Assembly (NCBI GenBank): GCA_963842085.1
Contig: CAWJET010000002.1
Span: forward strand, 1,440,001 to 1,504,000
DNA from: an uncultured delta proteobacterium
Lineage (GTDB): Bacteria > Desulfobacterota > Binatia > Binatales > Binataceae
Direction of reading: 5' to 3'
DNA length: 64,000 nt
The translations under genes and the position numbers were made by a program. Every line of letters begins with the position of its first letter. The first letter of the stretch is position 1. This document shows, one piece after another, positions 1 through 9,280 of this stretch. Below the pieces are notes generated by a model that was given only the letters and a program-made list of their open reading frames with translations, was not told where the DNA came from and ran no database searches.

Positions 1-711
1 CAGGAAGCGGCGTAATTCGTCGACATCGCCGCCGCGCTCGGGTGTGGGCAGCGGCCGGGAGCCGCGGGTGCGATTAAATCTCGGCGGCGGTCGATTTACA
101 ATCCGCCACCCGTCGGCGTCGATCTCGACCGCCCGCCAGGCGCGTTCGCAGAGGTCGAGATAAAGTTTGCCTCGGTGATTTGCGACCCGGATATTGATGG
201 GAGATTCCTCGCCGTCAAACAAGGCTTTGGCCTCGAACAGCTCCAGCGTGGCGCGGATGGCTTGCGCGCCGGGACTGTTGCCGGTCTCCCGGTAATAGGT
301 CCGCAGCAGGAAGAGCTGAAAGTGGCGGGAGCGGATGGGGTGATTCTCGAAGTGCCCATCGACCCGAACGCAAGCCCAGCCGTGTTGGTCGGGATCGTGG
401 AAGAACTCGATTCCAGACTCGAGCACAAGTCCGATCAGTCTGTCGGCAGCCGAGCCGCCGTCGCCGTGCTCCACGGGCACCGGACCGCCGAGCATGTGCT
501 CGAGTAGGTCCGCTTTTTCGTATTTCTCGAGAATCCTGCGCCAGTGTTGCCAGGTGAGCGGATCCCCGCGCCTGACCGCGGCAAAGGAGAGTACCGCCTC
601 GGTCGAGACCAGCCGCTCGGGATCTTCCGCGACTACCGGCTCAAGTTCGCGCAGGAACAGCAGGGCCAGCTCGACCGCGATGCTGCGCGATGATTCGCCT
701 GCTGCACTCAT
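1..711 (-). CDS. Phage/plasmid-type replication protein (primase/helicase-associated ATP-binding family), N-terminal part; runs off window edge
   Basis: Not in the ORF track. ATG at 711, 4 nt after the HNH stop, open to position 1: MSAAGESSRSIAVELALLF...GIEFFHDPDQHGWACVRVDGHFENHPIRSRHFQLFL...KLYLDLCERAWRAVEIDADGWRIVNRPPPRFNRTRGSRPLPTPERGGDVDELRRFL. This resembles replication ATP-binding proteins of integrative elements. Confidence 0.65.
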   Translation of the reverse strand, partial: MSAAGESSRSIAVELALLFLRELEPVVAEDPERLVSTEAVLSFAAVRRGDPLTWQHWRRILEKYEKADLLEHMLGGPVPVEHGDGGSAADRLIGLVLESGIEFFHDPDQHGWACVRVDGHFENHPIRSRHFQLFLLRTYYRETGNSPGAQAIRATLELFEAKALFDGEESPINIRVANHRGKLYLDLCERAWRAVEIDADGWRIVNRPPPRFNRTRGSRPLPTPERGGDVDELRRFL

Positions 712-715
712 CTTT

Positions 716-1213
716 TCAGAGCCCGGGTACCAGCTTTCTGGCCTTGGCCCGGTTGCAGCGCCGGCAGAGCGTCTGAAGGTTGGATTCTTCGGTCTTGCCC
801 CCCTTGCTGATCGGAACGATGTGATCCATTTCCAGCTTGATCGCCCGCCTGCATTTCCGGCATCGTCCTCCGTCGCGCACCAGCACTGCCGCGCGCATGC
901 TGTCGGGCACTCGCCGGTTCGCAACGCGGTCCTGCCAGCTCGGCCTCTCCACCGCGGCGAAGTCGACGAAGGCGGCGAACGCGCTTAAGTCCAAGGGTTC
1001 GGTCGCCCCTATCAACCGCTCCAACTTGACCGGACTGTTAGGCAGCAGATTGTTCATGCGCGCCGAGAGCAGCAGCAAACACAGCAGGTGGGCCTTGCGC
1101 GCGTCGGGCAACTGACGGAACCGGATGTCGTTCAACAGCTCGTAGGGCAGCTTGAGCTCTCTGCGGGTGCGCTCGAACTGGCGGAAATTGCGAAAGCCGA
1201 AAAATTCCTGCAT
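716..1213 (-). CDS. HNH endonuclease with phage replication-organiser-like N-terminus
   Basis: C-terminal RDGGRCRKC...EMDHIVPISKGG...NLQTLCRRCN is a canonical HNH motif. The N-terminal LLNDIRFRQLPD..KAHLLCLLLLS resembles phage replication initiator N-domains. Confidence 0.85.
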   Translation of the reverse strand: MQEFFGFRNFRQFERTRRELKLPYELLNDIRFRQLPDARKAHLLCLLLLSARMNNLLPNSPVKLERLIGATEPLDLSAFAAFVDFAAVERPSWQDRVANRRVPDSMRAAVLVRDGGRCRKCRRAIKLEMDHIVPISKGGKTEESNLQTLCRRCNRAKARKLVPGL

Positions 1214-2105
1214 GACGGTCTATTGCCGGCTGGGGTCGATGAAGTTGATCTTCACGACCGCGACCGGTGCGGTAGGGTTCGAGGTTGACGCCGCGGAGCT
1301 CCGGTACCGCCGAGTAATCGACCGCGCCTTTGCGTGAGCTCTTCACGACTTCGACGCCGCAGCCGTAGGTGCGCCGCGCGGTCGCCAGACACGCAAGCGT
1401 TGCGCGCAGCCTGTGCTCCTCGGCTGCTGCGCTTTCCAGCCGGAGTCTGACTTCACGGTAACGGAGTGCGGCGTGACGCCACTTCGGCTCCGCGCTCAGA
1501 TCCAGTTCCTCGTGGGCCAGTTCGGGGGCCAATTCCGGCCAGCGGTTTTCCTGCACCAGCTGCCAGAACGCCGCCTCTGCCTCTACCAGCCGCTTGGTGT
1601 ATTCCCGGTCGGGGCGTATTTCGACCAGGACTCCGTCGGTCCCGTGGAATGACCAGTAGTGCGCCTGTGCTGCTCCGGAGACCTCCAGTTGATGCTGTAG
1701 TTGCGCATGGTACTGGGAAGGGATGCGACCTTGCTCAGCTGATGCGCGATCGCGGGGGCTGAGCGGGCATTTAATCTCCAAAAGCGTGGAGCCGTCGAAG
1801 CTGAGCCCGTCCAACGACGCCCGCATCCACTCGAACTCCCGGTGGACCAGGCACAGTGGCTCGACTTGGATCCCTGTTTGTCGCTCGTACGCGCGACGGG
1901 CGAAACGCTCCAGCTCGCGACCGCGTCGCGCTGCCGGACCTGCGGAAGCTTCCTGCGTACGCCCGGTTTTTATCGACCACAGCGTTCTCGGGGTCTTGAA
2001 CGCGGTCTCGCCCATGATCACCGGAGCGTCGCTGGCTCCAATCCCCTGCCTGCGCCAGCGGTGCCATTCGGGCGTGTTCTGATGCAGCCGCTCAATCCTG
2101 GGCAT
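1038..2105 (-). CDS. YqaJ/lambda-exonuclease-like viral recombinase exonuclease; probable frameshift near 1267, likely native stop about 1220
   Basis: QNTPEWHRWRRQGIGASDAPVIMG, RASLDG, LEIKCP and YHAQLQHQL motifs. An alternative frame PVAVVKINFIDPSRQ* ends just upstream of the HNH ATG. Confidence 0.9.
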   Translation of the reverse strand: MPRIERLHQNTPEWHRWRRQGIGASDAPVIMGETAFKTPRTLWSIKTGRTQEASAGPAARRGRELERFARRAYERQTGIQVEPLCLVHREFEWMRASLDGLSFDGSTLLEIKCPLSPRDRASAEQGRIPSQYHAQLQHQLEVSGAAQAHYWSFHGTDGVLVEIRPDREYTKRLVEAEAAFWQLVQENRWPELAPELAHEELDLSAEPKWRHAALRYREVRLRLESAAAEEHRLRATLACLATARRTYGCGVEVVKSSRKGAVDYSAVPELRGVNLEPYRTGRGREDQLHRPQPAIDRHAGIFRLSQFPPVRAHPQRAQAALRAVERHPVPSVARRAQGPPAVFAAALGAHEQSAA

Positions 2106-3201
2106 GCACCGTCTCCTGATTGCCGCGCTTGGCTAGTTTGCGATTGAGCACTTCGAGCGCGCGCCGGTAGGCGGTCTCGGTCATTTCGCCGAGTGATGCA
2201 ACTTTGTAGTACGCCAGTACCCGTTCGAGCTCGGTCCCGGTATCGTCGATCAGTTTCTTGAGTTCGCGACCTTGTTCGCCGCTGATGAGACGTTCGGGAT
2301 TGGTTGTCGTGAAGCGGGCATCCAGCCGCTCATCTTCCGGGTCATCGCCGGTGGCCAACAGAAACGATTGGAGCAGGGCGTACTTCAACGCCCCGGTCAT
2401 CGCCTTGTACGGCGCCTTGTCGCCGGGGTCGAGTCCCTGGCCCGCGACCTTCGCGATGAGCTCCTCACCGCTGTCGACATCGGCGAAGGTGTAGGCCATC
2501 ACCACCCGCGCCGTCCGGCTCGCCTCTCCCCGGCCCACTGCCGATTCGTAGGAGATGTCTTCGAGTGTGGGGATTACGACGACCCCAAGTTCGGCGAGTA
2601 TGTCGCCGACTGAGCCGGCGATATCGGCGGCGGTGACGTAGCTGTAGTTCTGGCGCTCATTGTGGCCGCGCTTCTGGACGTAGCCGATGCGCCGGCGAAC
2701 TTCGGCGAGCTTTTGCCGGAGATTCAATCGCAGGGGAGCTTCGGAAGGCGCAATATTGGAAGTTGGTGCGCTCGCCTCGACGACAGACGGTCCTTCCGCC
2801 GCACGCGCTTCGGGCTGTGCGGTCACGACCTGTAACGCTTGCTGCTCACGACCGCCGCCGCGATTCTTTTTCAAGAGCCGCTTGGCGCCGCCGTTTTTTC
2901 CCTTTGCCTGCCCTTCCTTCAGCGAAGCCTCCAGTAGCGACTCGAGTTCGGTCTTCTCCGTCCCAGGGAGGTGTTCGACCTCGATTGGCTTCGTCTCGCC
3001 CTTATCCAACAACTGATGCACGTTTCCTTCCTCGTCCACGTAAACTCCCTCCTGTTGATTGACGCTCGTGACCGGTCGGCTGAGCAGCGTTTGAACTTCT
3101 GGATAGTCTGCCCTGCGGACTGGGAACCACTTCTTCGGCTCGACTCCGTTTTCGATGAGCACACAAAGATAACTACAGCGATAGTCCAGGCTAGCCCTCA
3201 T
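2092..3201 (-). CDS. ERF-family single-strand annealing protein with long N-terminal extension
   Basis: KLAEVRRRIGYVQKRGHN...YSYVTAADI...GQGLDPGDKAPYKAMTGALKYALLQSFLLATGDDPE matches the ERF domain. RBS AGGAG upstream of the ATG. Confidence 0.85.
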   Translation of the reverse strand: MRASLDYRCSYLCVLIENGVEPKKWFPVRRADYPEVQTLLSRPVTSVNQQEGVYVDEEGNVHQLLDKGETKPIEVEHLPGTEKTELESLLEASLKEGQAKGKNGGAKRLLKKNRGGGREQQALQVVTAQPEARAAEGPSVVEASAPTSNIAPSEAPLRLNLRQKLAEVRRRIGYVQKRGHNERQNYSYVTAADIAGSVGDILAELGVVVIPTLEDISYESAVGRGEASRTARVVMAYTFADVDSGEELIAKVAGQGLDPGDKAPYKAMTGALKYALLQSFLLATGDDPEDERLDARFTTTNPERLISGEQGRELKKLIDDTGTELERVLAYYKVASLGEMTETAYRRALEVLNRKLAKRGNQETVHAQD

Positions 3202-3283
3202 ATTTATCTCCTTGGCGATGCTCCCTCTTTCACCATTGACGTCATTTCTGTTTAGATTCCGAAATTCCTGCTTACGCTATGGT

Positions 3284-3328
3284 ATATTACTAAAAGGTAG
3301 ACTACGAAGCAATACCTAAAAGTAATAT
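3284..3328. promoter_or_regulatory. AT-rich imperfect inverted repeat (candidate operator) in the divergent promoter region
   Basis: ATATTACTaaaAGGTA ... TACCTaaaAGTAATAT; arms match at 13 of 16 positions. Confidence 0.5.
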
Positions 3329-3360
3329 GTTTCCAACGAGGGTCGGTGGAGCGGGAAAGC

Positions 3361-3513
3361 GTGGCCAAGGTCAAATTGTCAGGTTATCGTTGCGAGCGGT
3401 GCGGACACGAATGGTTGCCGCGAGAAGCTGGCCAAGAACCGCGAGTCTGTCCTCGCTGCAAGTCTCCGTACTGGAACAGGCCTAGGAAGAATCCGAGACC
3501 GTCCGGTAAATGA
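3361..3513 (+). CDS. Small C4 zinc-ribbon protein (50 aa), possible DNA-binding regulator
   Basis: Below the ORF-track cutoff. GTG start after a GGAG-containing purine tract: MAKVKLSGYRCERCGHEWLPREAGQEPRVCPRCKSPYWNRPRKNPRPSGK*, with CxxC...CPxC and a basic tail. Confidence 0.75.
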   Translation: MAKVKLSGYRCERCGHEWLPREAGQEPRVCPRCKSPYWNRPRKNPRPSGK

Positions 3514-3656
3514 CAACACTTGGGATGAGCGCGGGTCAATTGTTCGATCGAGCAGTTCGTCGGCGAAGAAGAGGAATAGGCCTGAGTGGAAGGCGGTTAT
3601 TTTTCTAGCCGGTTTCCACCGTACTGGAGGAGTTCCGCAGGCTACCTCGCCATCAC

Positions 3657-4010
3657 CTACGACGCACCAACACCCGCGCGCTTCGCCGCTGATTCGATCG
3701 CGTCAACGATCCTGGAATAGAGCGCGGTCGGCAGGTCGTGCCCCATGCCTGGAATTTCGATCAGCTCCGCGCCTGCGATATTCGCCGCCGTATCGCGGCC
3801 GCCCTCGATCGGAGCGGATCATCCGCGCCGTGAATGACAACCGTGGGCGCCTTGATCCGATTGAGCGACACGCGGCGATCGCCGTTGACCAGCGCGGCAG
3901 CCATCTGCCGGGAAAAGCCCGCTGGATAATTCGAACGCTTGAAATCCTCGGCCACGCGCCGGCGTATTTCATTTTCGTCATTAGGATAGCCGGAGCTGCC
4001 GATCGACGCG
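3657..4010 (-). pseudogene. Alpha/beta hydrolase C-terminal fragment, frameshifted
   Basis: IKAPTVVIHGADDPL, then a frameshift to GGRDTAANIAGAELIEIPGMGHDLP...GAS*; no N-terminus. Confidence 0.75.
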
Positions 4011-4410
4011 CGGTGCCGACTATCACCGGCACGAGGCCGCCCGCAATTTGCAGCTGCAATGGAATGTTCTCGAATGGACCGCGCGGCCGCAGCGGTCTCG
4101 CGTTGAGCCAATCGAAGGTGAATTCATCCGGGACAAAGACGTTTCCGAATAAGTACGCAATCGTTGCAGCCGGTGCCAAGCATTCCGGCAGTCGACCAAG
4201 CGTCGAGAATTCTCGCCTGCTTGAGCGCACCATCGCGCAGGAGGACTAGCCCTGTCGCCATCAGATAGGTCGCGTGTTCCGAGCCACTCGCCATAGTTGG
4301 CCGTTCCGCTGAAACGCCATCCGCCCTCAACTGGCACCGCCAAGGTTGTCATCGGATTCAGCGAACCGGCGCTTGGTAGCGCCAGCATTGCCACGCGCGC
4401 GAGCATGGCC
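4011..4410 (-). pseudogene. Acyl-CoA-dehydrogenase-fold flavin monooxygenase internal fragment
   Basis: Split over three frames: AVPVEGGWRFSGTANY / SGSEHATYL...DAWSTAGMLGTGCND / NVFVPDEFTF. Confidence 0.6.
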
Positions 4411-4540
4411 GTGATGGCGCTGTGACAATATACTCGCCGTATTCAGCGGGCGGATGTCGCGGCTGCGAAATCCGCTCGGTCAGGCTGCGTCCTTGGTCTG
4501 ACGCGACCTGACCGGACATTTGATCTTCGCCGATGTGCGT

Positions 4541-6172
4541 CTAAGTAGTGCCGATGGGGATCAACCGGGAGACCGTAAGATCGTTCGCGATTTGCTGGAA
4601 GATCTGGTTCAAGGTACCGGTCGATCGAGCATATGAGGCGCAGCCAGACTTGGTAGATGTGACGTCGGTGAAGAAGTTCGAGTTATTCTGCTCGTAGCTG
4701 CCCGACGACGTGGGCGAGTTTGCGATACCCTGCATCGTGCAGACTGGGCTGGAATATGTACCGGTGTCAGTCGTGCATCCCGTTGTCGCCGCGCCATAGG
4801 CGACTGCGTATACCGTGGTTCCCGCTGCCGCAGCGGCTTGGGATGCCGCTACTGCCTGGGCGCACTGCCCCGTCGCTGAGTAAACCTTCGATGGCGCAGG
4901 GTTTGGCGCCTCCATCCCTGCGGTTGGCGTAGCATTTGCTTCGCCATCGCTGACGAGGATCAGCACGTTCTTCGTTTGCACCCCTGCGCTGGCGCGCACG
5001 GTTTGTTGAGCAATGAGCGCGCTTTGTGCCGTATTAATCACGCCCGCGTAGAAGGTTCCCTCACCGCCCGGAGCTCCCAGGCCCGCGCTGCAACCGCCGC
5101 CGGCCGCGATCACGAGGTCGGAGCTGGCATACAGCGAAGTCGCTGTGTCGGAAGTGCGGTAGTCGCTCGAGAACGGAACGATCTGGTAGACGGGCGGGTT
5201 AAGGGTAGTAGCGCAAGTGGTCCCCTTGCCACTGCCTGTGCAACAAGGAACTGGTTTGCCTGAGCCTGTGCAATTGGAGGCATTGAAAAACTCGTTGTAC
5301 GAGGTAATCGGAGGGTTAGTAGTAGGGCATTTTATATCATCCTGAACATTCCCGATCGATGTCCCGCTCGCAGCCAATCCGGGAAACGTAAACAGCGCGA
5401 CTTCATCGACCGGGTTGTTCTCGACGTTGGTCGCAGTTTCGTTGCCACTCGCCGGCGTGGGAACCGCAACGGAGCTGGCTGTGGTCGCGCCGCAGCTTGT
5501 CAACCCTCCGGGACAGGGCGAGAGCGTGCTCAGCAGAACCTGGACGCCTTGCAACGCGCATTGGATTCTTTCTTTACCGCAATTTCCGCTGTCGCTCTGA
5601 GTCATCGAGTTCGTCGTGTCAACGATGATCGCCACGTTGTACGGGCCATTGAATCCGCCCTTTGCGCTCGCCATCGCGGTTGCCGAGAGGTTCCAGGTAT
5701 CGAAGCCGAGCACTCTGGCGAATGTCGTCGGCACTTTGGCTGTCTCCGTCACGGTCATCGCATTCATGCCAATCGAATAGGCGTTACAGGCGGGAACCCC
5801 CATGGCGACGGCGGCTTTGCTCGTCAGGCACTTCGTCGTAGCCGTCACCTTAACATTGGTCAGCGTACTGGAATTGGCGTTTGCATCCCCACTAGCGCCG
5901 CCGTAGCTCGTCGCGGTCGCTTCTGCTTCGCTTGATGTCTCACCGTCATTGGACATCACCGCGCCTCCCGCTAAGGCCGCCGCCTGGGTTTGAACCAGGA
6001 GCTGTTGATAGGCGTAATAGGCACGACCGACGTCGACTACGAACGCGACCGCTGCGAGAAGGCCGACCAAGGCGCCCGCGACCAGCACAATCGACTGCCC
6101 GCGCGGGCTGCCGCGCAGCCAGCGGACGATAAACTCATTGTTTCGGCCAAAAGATCCGTTGTTTTCTTTCAT
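4541..6172 (-). CDS. Tad pilus TadG-like protein (Tad N-terminal domain plus vWA-like domain)
   Basis: RGQSIVLVAG..hydrophobic..VDVGRAYY..QAAALAGG; IIVDTTNSM and ILVSDG MIDAS-like motifs. ATG at 6172 overlaps the TadE stop (ATGA). Confidence 0.85.
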   Translation of the reverse strand: MKENNGSFGRNNEFIVRWLRGSPRGQSIVLVAGALVGLLAAVAFVVDVGRAYYAYQQLLVQTQAAALAGGAVMSNDGETSSEAEATATSYGGASGDANANSSTLTNVKVTATTKCLTSKAAVAMGVPACNAYSIGMNAMTVTETAKVPTTFARVLGFDTWNLSATAMASAKGGFNGPYNVAIIVDTTNSMTQSDSGNCGKERIQCALQGVQVLLSTLSPCPGGLTSCGATTASSVAVPTPASGNETATNVENNPVDEVALFTFPGLAASGTSIGNVQDDIKCPTTNPPITSYNEFFNASNCTGSGKPVPCCTGSGKGTTCATTLNPPVYQIVPFSSDYRTSDTATSLYASSDLVIAAGGGCSAGLGAPGGEGTFYAGVINTAQSALIAQQTVRASAGVQTKNVLILVSDGEANATPTAGMEAPNPAPSKVYSATGQCAQAVAASQAAAAAGTTVYAVAYGAATTGCTTDTGTYSSPVCTMQGIANSPTSSGSYEQNNSNFFTDVTSTKSGCASYARSTGTLNQIFQQIANDLTVSRLIPIGTT

Positions 6173-6690
6173 TGTACAAACACCGCTGTTTGCGCTGTGA
6201 GGGTGCAACTAGGTGCGTAATTGTGTCCGTAGATTACGATGCTGCACGGATAAGTAGTCGTTACCTTGGCAGTTTGGCCTTCCACTAATGAGGCGCTGGT
6301 GCACGACGTCCCCGTATATGCACTCCCGTACTTAATCGGGGATCCGGTGCCCAGTGCAATCGAGAAGGTGAGCTTCGACGACTTGAGATATGGCGCTGCT
6401 TGTTCCACCGCTGCGCTAGTCGTCTGGCATGGGTCTGTGGTTTGCCCTCGGCTAATTGAGAGAAGCTGCGCACCGGCATTCGTAGCATATGTCAGCGTCA
6501 GATAGTTATTGAAAGCAACCCCTAACACCACCAGGGCTATAAGGAGCGTCAGCAGCAGCGGTGCCACGATAGCGAACTCGACCATCGCCTGGCCTTCCCC
6601 GCCGGGAACTCGACCACGGGTCTGCTTATCGCTAGAGCGTGTTTCGACGCGCGCTCGCGGTGAAACAGCAATCCGCCTCCGTCTGTTCAT
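6169..6690 (-). CDS. TadE-like pseudopilin
   Basis: GQAMVEFAIVAPLLLTLLIA...NAGA prepilin cleavage motif. Confidence 0.85.
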   Translation of the reverse strand: MNRRRRIAVSPRARVETRSSDKQTRGRVPGGEGQAMVEFAIVAPLLLTLLIALVVLGVAFNNYLTLTYATNAGAQLLSISRGQTTDPCQTTSAAVEQAAPYLKSSKLTFSIALGTGSPIKYGSAYTGTSCTSASLVEGQTAKVTTTYPCSIVIYGHNYAPSCTLTAQTAVFVQ

Positions 6691-7184
6691 TTCCGTCGTC
6701 TCATGCGTACGGTTCCCGCGTACAGAATGGCTACCTACCCCTAGGATTTGGCGTATCCTTTTTCATAGACGACCTCATATTCATTCGCTCAACAGACTGG
6801 AACGCCCCCCGCTCTCGTGACGCAGCCTCACAGGAGCTCAAAGCCGGGCCCTCCACAAGAAGCAACCTGAATGCCAAAGCGTATAATTCGGGATTTCCCG
6901 CATGGTTACTGGTTTTCATCCACGGATTGTAGGAAAAATTGTATCCCAGCAGTGGCAAATCTGCTACACTTGTAGCGTAAAAGTACCTTGATCTAGCTGA
7001 AGAGCAGGCAAACGTGCACTCGGCCTGCCACATCACGTCAAACGGCGCAGGAATTTTATCGATGACTCTCCGACAGCGGGTTTACCCACGGCGGAACACC
7101 ATCATCTAGCAGAAATCTTATTGAAGTCCTGGGGAAATCGCCGGGAGAGCGGTCCAACGCTCTCCCGATAGGCCGGCCGTCCGT

Positions 7185-7717
7185 CTCACCACCGGCAGCA
7201 GCAACAACTTTGACATCGGCAACGAAGGTGTGGCAGGCGAATCGGGCACCATCGGCATTGGCACCAAGGGCACGCAGACTGCCACCTGCATCACCAGCAT
7301 CTTCGCCACCCGCCTTTCAAAGTCCAGCGCAAAGACGGTGCTGATCGACAGCAGCGGCCATCTCGGCGTTCAGGTCTCCTCGGCGCGCTACAAGCGCGAC
7401 ATACACGACATGGGCGAGGCGAGCGGCGGTTTGATGAAGCTGCGCCCGGTGAGCTTCCGCTACAAGCAGGATCCAGCGGGCACGCTACCGCGGAGGAGGT
7501 GGCGCGGGTCTATCCGGAGCTGGTGACGCACGGCGATGACGGCAAGGTCGAGCGGGTGTCGAGCGGGTGCGCTACGAGTTGCTTCCCGCGCTGCTGCTCA
7601 ACGAGGTGCAGAGGCAGGCGAAGGAGAATCAGCGACAAGCCGACCAAATCAGAATCCTCACGGTGCAGGCCGAGCGAAAGGATGAACAGATTGCTTCGCA
7701 GCAGAAGCAAATCGACG
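7185..7717 (+). pseudogene. Peptidase S74 intramolecular-chaperone (tail-fibre/adhesin C-terminal) fragment
   Basis: SSARYKRDIHDMGEASGGLMKLRPVSFRYK, then frameshifts to EEVARVYPELV..DGKVE and VRYELLPALLLNEVQRQ coiled coil; 11-bp duplication at 7547-7568. Confidence 0.8.
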
Positions 7718-8151
7718 CACTCCGTTCGCTGCCGGGAGTCGGTAGAATCGTAGCGGCTACTATAATCGCGGAAGCGTGCACCGCTCTTACCGAACGAGAT
7801 TATCGTGCTCTGCGTGGCCACGCGGGTATCGCGCCCGTCACCAAACAAAGCGGCAAGCAGCGCATGGTCCTGATGCGCTACGCGTGCAATGGCCGCCTTC
7901 GCCATGCGTTCTATCACTGTGCGCGGGTAGCAGTTATCCGTGACCTGCCGAGCAAAAGTTACTACACCGCGCTGCGCCGGCGCGGCCACACTCGTGGCCG
8001 CTCCCTGCACGCCGTCGCTGATCGGCTCCTACGTATCCTGATTGCCATGCTCACCACTCGCACTCTCTTCGATTGTTCCAAGGCACGAACGCGCGGGATC
8101 GAGACGCTTTCGGAGAAAGTCGCGTGAACTACTTGATCGCGGGTGGGGAGT
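7718..8151 (+). mobile_element. IS110-family transposase C-terminal remnant with short right end
   Basis: LRSLPGVGRIVAATIIAE...GIAPVTKQSGK...NGRLRHAFY...YYTALRRRG...AVADRLLRILIAML; stop at 8127, followed by CTTGATCGCGGGTGGGGAGTC. Confidence 0.85.
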
Positions 8152-8334
8152 CCTCGCGCTCCCCCTGACCACAAACTACCAATCGAATGATGAGTGCAGA
8201 AAACTAGGAAATGAAATGTCGGAGGATGGGCCAAATGTAAATATCAAAGTGGGCCAGACCGCATTGTCAAAAGCAACTGTCTCGAATTCGTAGGGGTCGG
8301 TCAGCACAAGCAAACTCCGGATGCCCACAGGGAT

Positions 8335-8937
8335 ATGCTCGTGTCGGTTTCGCCGCACGTGCTTCAAGCCTTTCGCCTTGTCCATACCACTTCGGCGCTG
8401 ATCGAAATGGCGACGCAAAGAAGTGGCCCGAATTGCGCCGAGCGCGCCCTGATGGCGATCGACCTTAATGGGATGATCGCGATGGAAACTGCCGGCGCGA
8501 CACGAGCGCTCGAGAAATTTTTCCTGAAGCTAAGCAGTCACGGTTTGCCAGAGCAGCTTGCTCAATGGATTTCGCGGTCGGAGCAGACTATGCGAAAGGC
8601 CACCGACGTTCCGGATATTCGCCATCCCCTTGTTATAGAGCGGGACGGCACTCGCCTTACTGTCCATCTGGTTTCGAAGCCCGAGCAGAATTTCCTGGTG
8701 TTCGAAGAGCACCGCCTGGCGATCAATGCTGCGGCGCTCGGAGCCCTTCGGTTGACGCAGCGTGAATCAGAAATCCTGGCTCACGTTGCGGCTGGCAAGA
8801 CCAATCCCGACATTGGGATTATTCTGGGCATAAGTTCGCGAACTGTCTCGAAACACGTCGAGCACATCCTCGAAGCGCTTGGCGTCGAGACGCGAACCGC
8901 AGCAGCAGCGATCGCCCTGGAAACCGCAGACCTCTGA
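8335..8937 (+). CDS. LuxR-family HTH transcriptional regulator (N-terminus probably truncated)
   Basis: LTQRESEILAHVAAGKTNPDIGIILGISSRTVSKHVEHILEALGVETRTAAA. Confidence 0.8.
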   Translation: MLVSVSPHVLQAFRLVHTTSALIEMATQRSGPNCAERALMAIDLNGMIAMETAGATRALEKFFLKLSSHGLPEQLAQWISRSEQTMRKATDVPDIRHPLVIERDGTRLTVHLVSKPEQNFLVFEEHRLAINAAALGALRLTQRESEILAHVAAGKTNPDIGIILGISSRTVSKHVEHILEALGVETRTAAAAIALETADL

Positions 8938-9019
8938 GGTCTGGTTCTACTCAGCAACAAAACGGCGCAGGGGGCATCCCCATCGGAATTGATGAATTGA
9001 TTAGCGCAAATTTCGCCAC

Positions 9020-9250
9020 TTCAGAACGAGGACGAGCTCTTCCTGGTGACGAAGGGGCGGCTTACTGATAAGACTGCGCGACGGCGAGATTCGGCTTGGT
9101 CCCGGAGAATTCGTGGTCGTCCCTCGCGGTGTTGACAATCTGCCGATGGCCGAGGACGAGGTCCACGTCATCTTGATCGAACCCAAAACGACGCTGAACA
9201 CTGGCAACGTCATGGGTGACAAGACCGTAGCCCATCTCGAGAAAGTATAA
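9020..9250 (+). pseudogene. Cupin-domain protein fragment
   Basis: NEDELFLVTKG, then a frameshift to LLIRLRDGEIRLGPGEFVVVPRGVDNLPMAEDEVHVILIEPKTTLNTGNV...*; start missing. Confidence 0.7.
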
Positions 9251-9280
9251 GACGAATCACTCGAGTGATACGATTCCGCA

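Noticed and set aside
6731-7036. Flp pilin gene or c-di-GMP riboswitch upstream of tadE
   Set aside because: No G-x-x-x-x-EY pilin motif and no riboswitch consensus visible.
7131-7175. Hairpin GGGAGAGCG-GTCCAA-CGCTCTCCC-GAT as group II intron domain VI
   Set aside because: No domain V upstream and no bulged branch A; an isolated hairpin only.
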